Sequence record: SRR20825019_238 | Strand: one strand, 5' to 3' | Length of the DNA: 46,528 nucleotides | Shown: positions 9,571 to 17,259 of the stretch, one piece after another | Numbering within the stretch: position 1 is the first letter of the stretch | How the letters are laid out: each line of letters begins with the position of its first letter | Notes under the pieces: model-generated | Database searches by the model: none | Told to the model about the DNA's origin: nothing | What the model saw: the letters and a program-made list of their open reading frames with translations, nothing else | Made by a program: the position numbers and the translations under genes

Positions 9571-9942
9571 TTAGAGATTGTGAACAATAAACCGCTCAGC
9601 TTCTTTTATATCCTCGAACACTTGAGTTGACACAGTCGATATTTTGGTAATGATAAATTTGGAGAATGCCTGCTCCAAAGGGGTGGTTGCAACTAGCACG
9701 AGACATTTGATCAATCCTGTCCCCTCATTTGCCAAGTATCGCCAAGCATCCTTGTCCACATTTTTAAGACCTTTCAAACTGCACAAAATGTGATAGGGCT
9801 TTCCTTGTTGTAACCTTATTCTTTGTGCGACGACTTTTTTTGCACCAGAAAGATCTATATACGCTTGTTCTTTCCAAATGAAGAATAGTATATCCTTTTC
9901 TATCCACATGGTCGCAATTTCGGTTTCCACAAATCTTTTCAT
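9571..9942 (-). CDS. Small STAS/SEC14 (SpoIIAA-like) domain protein
   Basis: 123 aa with MWIEKDILF, IDLSGAK, VDKDAWRYLA and QVFEDIKEAERF pattern; 39 nt upstream of the AraC gene, same strand. Confidence 0.6.
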   Translation of the reverse strand: MKRFVETEIATMWIEKDILFFIWKEQAYIDLSGAKKVVAQRIRLQQGKPYHILCSLKGLKNVDKDAWRYLANEGTGLIKCLVLVATTPLEQAFSKFIITKISTVSTQVFEDIKEAERFIVHNL

Positions 9943-10026
9943 GCCCTTCCAGTTTCAAAATGGTCTTTTAAAGTAAAAATTTTTAAAATGAATAATTAAC
10001 AAGAAAAATCTGATTTTTAACAGAGT

Positions 10027-10072
10027 TGGCTCTAAAATGTAAAAAAGTGGATCTGTAAAGGATTTTTTTGAC
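10027..10072. promoter_or_regulatory. Second copy of the 21-bp direct-repeat array, upstream of the STAS-AraC operon
   Basis: TGGCTCTAAAATGTAAAAAAG / TGGATCTGTAAAGGATTTTTT / TGAC. 10058-10072 matches 8564-8578 at 14/15. Confidence 0.55.
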
Positions 10073-10303
10073 CCGAACAAGCTTGTGAAATACAACACCC
10101 CATTGATTTTGATTAGTTTAAAACAGTTTTGTTTGAATGATAAAAATGGATGTTAGCATAGCTTTATGATTAAAATTTAGTTCAATTTGAGTTTAATTCC
10201 ACTCTTTGTAGGGGAAACCACAAGAGTTCATAAAAACCAAAGACCAGGTCTATGTCCAACCTATGAAAGTTACAAATGGCTCACGGGGTACTTTTTAAAG
10301 ATT

Positions 10304-10566
10304 ATGGACATGAAATATCAAAAACTGCTGTCGGAATTTGAAGGCCAATTGGATCAACTGGATCATGGTGGAGGAGATATTTTATTTAGGGCCGAAAAGG
10401 GGATTGTTCTGGTGGAAAAAGTATCCGAGCGTTACAAAAGAAGGTGGCGGAGAAGCCATTTCCTTCGAAGGAGGATGAAATCTATTTCTTCAAACATGTC
10501 AAGCCCCAGATCTTTAGTAAACTGATATATTACATCAAGTTGTTCAATATTGAGAGCAAACGTCCA
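10304..10566 (+). pseudogene. rteC: RteC-domain protein, frameshifted and truncated
   Basis: MDMKYQKLLSEFEGQLDQL...AEKGIVLVEK, then a frame change at ~10420 continuing IRALQKKVAEKPFPSKEDEIYFFKHVKPQIFSKLIYYIKLFNIESKRP (typical RteC N-terminal motif), cut off at the IS fragment. Confidence 0.8.
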
Positions 10567-10690
10567 CTCAGGTCCAGATCATCAGGGTAATCCAGTAATT
10601 GATAAAACTCTTTATTGTCCTTGGGATGCAATTGTTCTACCTTTCCGTTGAGTTGTGGCCTTCTCGGCTTTATGTAACGGCATGCCGGAT
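10567..10690 (-). mobile_element. Degenerate IS481-family-like transposase (integrase core) fragment
   Basis: RYIKPRRPQLNGKVEQLH..DNKEFYQLLDYPDDLDL resembles the P-x-x-N-G-K-V-E-R catalytic Glu region of IS481/rve transposases. No full ORF. Confidence 0.7.
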
Positions 10691-10787
10691 AACTTCCATA
10701 GGAGAGTTTTTCTTTTTTTGAACCCATTGGCTTTTAAAGTAATTCCAGCCCCCCTTCAGAAATAGCTTCATTTTTTTATCCCAAACC

Positions 10788-10814
10788 TTTATTGTAACAG
10801 AATGTTACAATAAA
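10788..10814. repeat. Perfect 12-bp inverted repeat (operator-like)
   Basis: TTTATTGTAACA-GAA-TGTTACAATAAA, ~127 nt upstream of the esterase start. Confidence 0.6.
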
Positions 10815-10940
10815 AAATACCATATCTTAGTGATATCATTCACAGGGATGATTTGATTTTTACTAGGCTGACCGTAACGGATGTAAGTAAAAATCAACCC
10901 AATAACAATAACACATAAACAACAACTAAACAAAATCAGG

Positions 10941-12149
10941 ATGAAAAAAGCAGTAAACAAACTAGGTAGGTTCCGCATTCAATTGATGTTGGTAATCTTG
11001 ACCCTGCCATTAGCGGCCATTGGTCAAGAAGTCGGTTCCATGGAGCGACTGGTCTCTCCCGAAATTGCCGATGACAACACGGTAACGTTTAGAATTAAGG
11101 CGCCCAAGGCGGAAAAGGTGGTCTTATCCGGCAATTGGATGCCAATGGTAGGCGAGGGAATGGCCATGACCCGAAAGACCGTAGCGCTGACCAAAGGTGA
11201 AAACGGTGTCTGGTCCACCACGGTCGGACCGTTGGAGCCAGAACTTTATGGCTACACTTTTGTCGTAGATGACGTCAATACGTTGGATACCGCCAATTTG
11301 ATGGTTGCCCGTGACGGCACATTCCGAACAGAAAACGTGTTGTACATTCCTGGGAAAGCCTCCGAACTTTATTGGGTCAAAACAGGGTCCAAAGGCACAG
11401 TTCACCAAGTTTGGTACGAGTCCCCGACCTTGGATCTAACCCGTAGAATGTATGTGTACACACCACCGGGGTATGCCGACAGCAACGAGAACTACCCTGT
11501 TCTGTACCTATTGCACGGTGGAGGTGGAGACGAAGAGGCATGGCCAACCCTTGGGGTTGCCAACCATATCTTGGACAATTTGATCAACTCAGGAAAAGCC
11601 AAACCTATGATCGTAGTGATGACCAATGGCAACCCGGACCAGGCCGCGGCTTTGACGGTAAGTCCTAAGTTGGAACCTTCAACGCAACCCGCAGGAGGTA
11701 TGGCCAATATGATGTTCGAAAAAAGCTTGGTCAACGATGTGATCCCTTATATAGAATCACACTATAAAGTAAAGCCCAACAAAGAGAACCGTGCTTTGAC
11801 GGGATTGAGTATGGGCGGATTACAGACCATGAACACCACTTTTGAAAACCCTGAGCTGTTCGATTACATTGGTGTCATGAGCATGGGCTTTGCTGATTTG
11901 AGTCGTTTTGGAATCGAGGTCGATCATTCTAAAAGAGGAGAACAGATTGAAGCTTTAAAAGCTGCTGACCCTGAGCTGTATTGGATTGCATGTGGTACGG
12001 ATGATTTCTTGTACCAAAGTGTCGTGGATATGCGAAATGAGCTGGACAAACACGATTTTGACTACACCTATCGTGAAAGTACCGGCGGACATACATGGTC
12101 CAACTGGAGAATCTACCTATCGGAATTCGCACCGATGTTGTTTAAATAA
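10941..12149 (+). CDS. Secreted alpha/beta-hydrolase esterase with N-terminal Ig-like (CBM48/E-set) domain, CE1-like
   Basis: Signal peptide, VTFRIKAPKA, YPVLYLLHGGG, nucleophile GLSMGG, CGTDD and GGHTW. Confidence 0.9.
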   Translation: MKKAVNKLGRFRIQLMLVILTLPLAAIGQEVGSMERLVSPEIADDNTVTFRIKAPKAEKVVLSGNWMPMVGEGMAMTRKTVALTKGENGVWSTTVGPLEPELYGYTFVVDDVNTLDTANLMVARDGTFRTENVLYIPGKASELYWVKTGSKGTVHQVWYESPTLDLTRRMYVYTPPGYADSNENYPVLYLLHGGGGDEEAWPTLGVANHILDNLINSGKAKPMIVVMTNGNPDQAAALTVSPKLEPSTQPAGGMANMMFEKSLVNDVIPYIESHYKVKPNKENRALTGLSMGGLQTMNTTFENPELFDYIGVMSMGFADLSRFGIEVDHSKRGEQIEALKAADPELYWIACGTDDFLYQSVVDMRNELDKHDFDYTYRESTGGHTWSNWRIYLSEFAPMLFK

Positions 12150-12185
12150 ATCGATTCACACCGAAAAGAATCTTTAAAAATTTAG

Positions 12186-12220
12186 AACCCTTCCAAGTCA
12201 TAGAATTGGAAGGGTTTTTT
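12186..12220 (+). terminator. Intrinsic terminator after the esterase
   Basis: AACCCTTCCAA-GTCATAGAA-TTGGAAGGGTT followed by T tract. Confidence 0.85.
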
Positions 12221-12272
12221 CGTATGCGGCAATACAAAAGGGGATTACATCCGTAATTGCGTAAATCACATG

Positions 12273-13454
12273 TTACTCTAGATTTAATGATTTGCTTAAA
12301 ACACTGGAAACCTTTTTTTCATTATAACCTGCCTCGTTATAAATTACTCCCCCCTTTTTGTCAATAATTACAATCGTCGGTCCTGCCTGAACATTTAAAG
12401 ATTTAGCTAACGGACCACCCATGTACAAACTTGGATAAAGCATATTGATTTTTGTTTTATAAGTTTTAAGTGAGTGGAGAGATGCTTCTTGCTCTCTGAA
12501 CTCGACGCCGAATATCTTTAATCCTTTATTCCCATACTTCATATGGAACATATTGATGGATGGAACGGCCTTGATACATGGCCCGCAATTCCTAAACCAA
12601 AACTCTAACATAACGACCTGGCCCTTAAAGCCAAAGGGCTTAATCAGATCATCACTGGCCATATCCGGTAGTTCAAGGTTTTTTACTGCGGCTGTATTGG
12701 CAGAATTCTCATTATCGCCTTTGTCATTGTCGGGAGTTTGGAAAAACTCCTCTAATGAAACGCGTTTGTAATCAGGTAGTTCATTGCCTTCCCAGAACTC
12801 CTTTGACTTTACATAATCAAATCTATAATTATAAAACGTCCGGGCAATATGGCCTGTGCTTCCATTTTCCATTTTCATTCGTTTGGGCAACAGATTGTCC
12901 TTATATATGTGTAAAACATAATTGCTGTCCTCATAACCCTCCTTCTGTGTTATTTTTCGCCTTTCCCAATCAAACCAACCATTGTGTATGGTTATTTTAA
13001 ATTCATAATCATCGTTTGAAACCTTGTTTTCAATGAGCTCCACGGTAGTGGAATAGTTTGTCAACACCTCTGCCAAAAAGTTCCTTATAGGTACAAACGT
13101 TAATAAAAGCGGATTGTTGACAAGGGGTTTTTCGTTGACCATAACAAGCTTTTTCTTTTTAGAGCTTAGTAGCTGTCTTTTGCCATCGTACAATAATTTA
13201 TCCTCATCATTTCCCAAATAATACCTTGGTGTTTTTAAAAGAGACCCTGATTTCAAATCAAAATAAATAAAATCCTCATGTGTGAGGTAGGTTACATTGC
13301 TCTCTTCCGCTTCCTTTTGTGAATCATAGGCAACGCTCTGGAGCTCCATCATTCGCTCAAGGCTTTTTTCCAAAATTTTGGTATCCTGTTCAGGGCTTTG
13401 TGAAAAGGAAAAGTGATGGGACAGGATGCAGAAGAATACAATCTTTAATTTCAT
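12273..13454 (-). CDS. TlpA/ResA-like thiol-disulfide oxidoreductase with N-terminal LolA-like region
   Basis: C-terminal GQVVMLEFWFRNCGPC and PTIVIIDKKG. The signal peptide fits a start at 13454 (MKLKIVFF); the ORF track starts at 13505. Confidence 0.8.
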   Translation of the reverse strand: MKLKIVFFCILSHHFSFSQSPEQDTKILEKSLERMMELQSVAYDSQKEAEESNVTYLTHEDFIYFDLKSGSLLKTPRYYLGNDEDKLLYDGKRQLLSSKKKKLVMVNEKPLVNNPLLLTFVPIRNFLAEVLTNYSTTVELIENKVSNDDYEFKITIHNGWFDWERRKITQKEGYEDSNYVLHIYKDNLLPKRMKMENGSTGHIARTFYNYRFDYVKSKEFWEGNELPDYKRVSLEEFFQTPDNDKGDNENSANTAAVKNLELPDMASDDLIKPFGFKGQVVMLEFWFRNCGPCIKAVPSINMFHMKYGNKGLKIFGVEFREQEASLHSLKTYKTKINMLYPSLYMGGPLAKSLNVQAGPTIVIIDKKGGVIYNEAGYNEKKVSSVLSKSLNLE

Positions 13455-13672
13455 AGGAACAAATTTTCCATCCTTTTGGAGGAGGATGGTTTTTATAATC
13501 ATCAAGTAGGGGGAATTTGTAGCTGAACGGTTCTTAAGTTAGCAATAAGGATTTGATTGCGAGTGGTTTTGGGAATAAATTAGGAAATAATAGGAGTCAG
13601 ATTGTACTAACTTTTTTATACCTGGGCCATATGCTTTCAAGAATTCACTAATTTGGCACAAAGGAGGAAAAT

Positions 13673-14764
13673 ATGCTCACTGCCGAACAAAAACTAAAGG
13701 AACGTATCAAGGAACTTACCTGTTTGTACGAGGTAACTTCCCTCATTGTTAATTGTGATTACGATGATATGGAAACCGCATTGCTCGGAATTGTACAGTG
13801 TTTGCAGCGTGCTTGGCAGTTTAATGAGGATACTTATGTGCTCTTATCCAACTCTGATTATTTTATAAAGACGGAGGAGAAAGGAGAAGACTACGTGTTT
13901 TTGGAGTCGTTCATCACCGTGTTCAATAAACCGAGGGGTGAAATCAAAGTGGGGTATCCCTCCCCCAAGTACCAACTCAAGGATTTTTTGGAGGAAGAAC
14001 AGCAACTGTTGGACAATGTGTGCCTAAAAGTGGGCAATCTGTTGGAGCGGAAGGAAATCAAGGAAAAGGAAGAGCATATACGCCGACAAGTGGAACAATC
14101 CGATCGGCTGCGGATCCTGGGAGAGATTACAGCCGGAATCGCCCATGAGCTCAATACGCCACTTGCCAATATTCTTGGTTTCACCGAGTTGTTGAAGGAG
14201 CGCGTCAGCAATGACCCACAAGCGTCCAAAGATTTGGACAAGATCATCACCAACACCATATTTTCTCGCGAAGTGGTCAAAAAGCTGATGTTCTTTGCCT
14301 GCGAAATGCCCGAAACACGGGAAGTCATCAATGTGGTAGAGGTAATAGAGGAAGCCATCAACATGCTACGGACCACGTTGCGCCAAAATGAGGTTGCTTG
14401 CGAATTTCAACATTCCCAGGACACCATCGAACTTCGTATCGATAAAATCCAGCTGACCCAAGTGGTCTTCAATCTTATTGTGAACGCCATCTATTTTGCG
14501 CCGCCTAAAAGTACCATTTCAGTCGCTCTGGCGATTGAAAAAGACAATGTCATTTTAAAAATTGCCGACCAAGGCCCTGGCATACCGGAAGTATCCAAAG
14601 CACATATTTTTGACCCCTTTTTTACTACCAAACCCGTGGGCGAGGGATCGGGATTGGGACTTAGTGTAGTGCACGGCATTGTACAGAGTCACCAAGGGAG
14701 TATCGCGGTTAGGCCAAATACCCCAACAGGAACTATCTTTACATTAAAATTCCCAAAAAAGTAA
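13673..14764 (+). CDS. Soluble sensor histidine kinase
   Basis: H-box AGIAHELNTPL, N-box NLIVNA, DQGPGI, FDPFFTTK and GSGLGL. No TM segment. Confidence 0.93.
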   Translation: MLTAEQKLKERIKELTCLYEVTSLIVNCDYDDMETALLGIVQCLQRAWQFNEDTYVLLSNSDYFIKTEEKGEDYVFLESFITVFNKPRGEIKVGYPSPKYQLKDFLEEEQQLLDNVCLKVGNLLERKEIKEKEEHIRRQVEQSDRLRILGEITAGIAHELNTPLANILGFTELLKERVSNDPQASKDLDKIITNTIFSREVVKKLMFFACEMPETREVINVVEVIEEAINMLRTTLRQNEVACEFQHSQDTIELRIDKIQLTQVVFNLIVNAIYFAPPKSTISVALAIEKDNVILKIADQGPGIPEVSKAHIFDPFFTTKPVGEGSGLGLSVVHGIVQSHQGSIAVRPNTPTGTIFTLKFPKK

Positions 14765-14769
14765 GCGCC

Positions 14770-16095
14770 TTGTTGAAAAAGGAGAACATATTGCTGGTTG
14801 ATGACGACATCGATATTTTGGAGCTGCTACAACGGCATTTAAAATCGATGGACTATCACACGTACAAGGCCATTTCGGTAAAGGAGGCATTATACATTTT
14901 AAAGGATACTGAAATAGACCTGTTGGTGACCGATATTAATATGCCTGATATTGATGGGCTGCAATTGGTGAAATATGTGGCCGAACATTTTCCAAATATG
15001 CCGAAGTTGGTGGTGACCGGTTTTCCTTCCGTTGAAGATGCCTCCAGCGTAATCGAACATGGTGCGACCGATTATTTGACCAAACCTTTTACAAAGGCCG
15101 AACTCGAAATGGCCGTAAAAAAAGCCTTGGCGCATAAGGAAGCAAAGGAAACCTTTAAAACACCAACGGTAAACCCCATCCCTAGCAATGGATATGCCGA
15201 TATGATCGGGACTTCCGAAGCGTTCCAAAAAGTTACCGAGATCATAGATCGGGTAAGGGACAACCACGCCACGGTTTTGGTACGTGGAGAAAGCGGCACG
15301 GGAAAAGAACTAGTGGCACGGGCCATCCATTATTCGGGCAAATTCGCACGGGCACCTTTTATAGCTGTGAACTGTGGGGCCATACCCGAGAATTTGTTGG
15401 AAGCCGAACTTTTCGGATACACCAAAGGTGCTTTTACGGGCGCGAACGAAAACCGTAATGGATTTTTCCAGGCGGCGCACAAGGGCACTATTTTTTTGGA
15501 TGAAATTGGAAATGCCAGCCTACCGGTTCAAAATCGATTATTGAGGGTGCTTCAAGAAAAGGAGGTGACCAAGATCGGTTCGCAAAAACCTGAAAAATTG
15601 GATGTTCGGGTCATTGCTGCAACCAATAGCGATTTGAATGAGCTTATTCAAAAGAAAACCTTTCGCGAAGACCTGTTCTACCGTCTTTCCGTTGTCACTG
15701 TGGAGGTGCCACCACTGAGGGAACGTACTTCGGACATTGCCTTGTTGGTCGATAAATTTATGGAGAAATATGGCATTGAGTACAAGGACCGATTTGTCCG
15801 TATAGACGATGGTGCCCTTGAAGTCCTAAAGAGATATTCATGGCCTGGCAATATCCGGGAACTTGAGAATGTGGTGCAGCGCGCCGTGATTATGTGCGAT
15901 GGCAAAATCACGTTGGAACACCTTCCCAATGAATTAAAGTATAAAATCGACTTTCCGGAGAAAGGATACATAACGCTTCAGGAAAAAGAAAGGGAATATA
16001 TTCAGGAAGTTCTTCTATCCGTTCAAGGCAACAAGACCAAGGCCGCCGAAATTTTAGGGATCAACCGAAAAACACTTCGCGAAAAACTCAAATAA
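14770..16095 (+). CDS. Sigma54-dependent response regulator (REC-AAA+-Fis HTH; NtrC/AtoC family)
   Basis: LLVDDD, DINMP, GESGTGKE, intact GAFTGA (15427-15444), FLDEIG, WPGNIREL and C-terminal HTH. TTG start. Confidence 0.95.
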   Translation: MLKKENILLVDDDIDILELLQRHLKSMDYHTYKAISVKEALYILKDTEIDLLVTDINMPDIDGLQLVKYVAEHFPNMPKLVVTGFPSVEDASSVIEHGATDYLTKPFTKAELEMAVKKALAHKEAKETFKTPTVNPIPSNGYADMIGTSEAFQKVTEIIDRVRDNHATVLVRGESGTGKELVARAIHYSGKFARAPFIAVNCGAIPENLLEAELFGYTKGAFTGANENRNGFFQAAHKGTIFLDEIGNASLPVQNRLLRVLQEKEVTKIGSQKPEKLDVRVIAATNSDLNELIQKKTFREDLFYRLSVVTVEVPPLRERTSDIALLVDKFMEKYGIEYKDRFVRIDDGALEVLKRYSWPGNIRELENVVQRAVIMCDGKITLEHLPNELKYKIDFPEKGYITLQEKEREYIQEVLLSVQGNKTKAAEILGINRKTLREKLK

Positions 16096-16100
16096 CCGAT

Positions 16101-16134
16101 GGGGCATTCTGCCCCGGCCGGGTAAAAATTACCC
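16101..16134. promoter_or_regulatory. Tandem palindromic upstream activator sites (candidate bEBP binding sites)
   Basis: GGGGCATTCTGCCCC (16101-16115) and GGGTAAAAATTACCC (16120-16134), ~100 nt upstream of a sigma54 promoter. Confidence 0.6.
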
Positions 16135-16170
16135 GCCACCGACTTCTTTTGTTTAATATGATTTTATTAA

Positions 16171-16195
16171 TAATAAATTGATTATCAATTAATTA
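16171..16195. promoter_or_regulatory. IHF-consensus sites in the AT-rich spacer
   Basis: WATCAA-N4-TTR matches on minus (AATCAATTTATTA, 16183-16171) and plus (TATCAATTAATTA, 16183-16195) strands. Confidence 0.45.
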
Positions 16196-16225
16196 TTAAT
16201 AAAATCCACTCATAACATATCCAAA

Positions 16226-16240
16226 TGGCACAGGCTTTGC
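16226..16240 (+). promoter_or_regulatory. Sigma54 (-24/-12) promoter
   Basis: TGGCAC-AGGCT-TTGC, exact TGGCAC-N5-TTGC consensus, 56 nt before the Rnk-like gene. Confidence 0.85.
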
Positions 16241-16296
16241 CCTTTACTGTGCAAAATGCTGGGATGCTATTTTTTTGGTATCCCGTCCGTTAAGAA

Positions 16297-16719
16297 ATGA
16301 AAATGAAATACGGAAGCCTGATCATGGAGAAAAAGGATTATCTAACGCTTAAAAGAATACTGAACTTCCATAGGTATTATGAGGATTATGCCCATAAGGA
16401 TGCCTTGGAACAGTTGGGCGAGAGAATAGACGGGGCTTTGGTAGAGGATGAGTCGGACATGCCGGACGATGTGGTTCGTTTGAACTCAAAGGTCACGGTG
16501 GAATTTGCACCAGGGGCCCAACAAACGTTTCAGTTGGTTCCCTCTACACGGGGAGACCTTAAGAAAGGCAAGGTCTCCGTGGTGAGCACTTTTGGGGCGA
16601 GCTTGGTAGGACTTGCGGTGGGGGATCAAATACAGTTTGGTTTTCCCACAGATGTACAATCCTTCAAGATAGTCGGTGTAGAACAGTCACACCAATTATT
16701 GTCCAGTTTTGACTTTTAA
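16297..16719 (+). CDS. rnk: Rnk-like GreA/GreB-family protein
   Basis: MPDDVVRLNSKV and KVSVVSTFGASLVG (GreA/B C-terminal domain) with a short N-terminal helical part as in Rnk. Confidence 0.75.
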   Translation: MKMKYGSLIMEKKDYLTLKRILNFHRYYEDYAHKDALEQLGERIDGALVEDESDMPDDVVRLNSKVTVEFAPGAQQTFQLVPSTRGDLKKGKVSVVSTFGASLVGLAVGDQIQFGFPTDVQSFKIVGVEQSHQLLSSFDF

Positions 16720-16753
16720 GAAAACAATTATAAACCCTAAATATTAAATAGTT

Positions 16754-17113
16754 ATGAGAATTATAGTTTTAGCAATTCTGTTCGTGGTAGCGACCACAAA
16801 TATCAATGCACAAAGTGCAAACCCACAAGAGATCAAGGTTGGTGATGTCCTGGAAATTGGTCGTCCAGATGCACCTCAATTTCAACATATTGATTTTCCA
16901 AGGGCAAACTTCATCATTAAAAAAGGAGGGATCGCCAACTATAAAAGAGTAGTGGGGAACAAAGTGGTAGTGACCGACATCAAAGAGAAAAAAGATGGAA
17001 CCGTTGTTGTAAAGATCAAAAAAACGGATGGAAAAAGGTTTTTTAACAGTCACCCAGTGGTTAAAGCAGATTTAAAGGATGCTCTCGAGTCCGGTGAGCT
17101 CAATGTACTGTAG
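16754..17113 (+). CDS. Secreted hypothetical protein, basic
   Basis: Signal peptide ending INA/Q; HIDFPRANFIIKKGGIANYK motif; same strand as the rnk-like gene, 34 nt downstream. Confidence 0.75.
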   Translation: MRIIVLAILFVVATTNINAQSANPQEIKVGDVLEIGRPDAPQFQHIDFPRANFIIKKGGIANYKRVVGNKVVVTDIKEKKDGTVVVKIKKTDGKRFFNSHPVVKADLKDALESGELNVL

Positions 17114-17128
17114 TAGTTGATTGATGAT

Positions 17129-17190
17129 ATCCGCCCGGCTCAAGCATTAGGTTTGCTCAATTAGAATGGTTAGCTAATGGCTGGGCGGAT
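17129..17190 (+). terminator. Long GC-rich stem-loop after the sigma54-driven operon (terminator or stabiliser)
   Basis: ATCCGCCCGGC...GCTGGGCGGAT outer stem and CATTAG/CTAATG inner stem; weak U tract. Confidence 0.5.
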
Positions 17191-17259
17191 TTGCGTCACT
17201 GTAAAAAATTTAATATCATTTATTTATATTTAATCCAATTCATGTAAAAACAAGAAAAG

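Noticed and set aside
10187-10727. ORF-track calls 10187-10525 (+) and 10530-10727 (-) as real genes
   Set aside because: They are better explained as pieces of the frameshifted rteC and of an IS transposase remnant.
12273-13454. TlpA-like protein as the MauD-like partner of the MauE protein
   Set aside because: It is separated from the island by the rteC/IS junction and the esterase, and I saw no shared operator; only proximity supports the link.
13654-13668. TGGCAC upstream of the soluble kinase as a sigma54 promoter
   Set aside because: No -12 TTGC-like element at the right spacing, and too close to the start codon.
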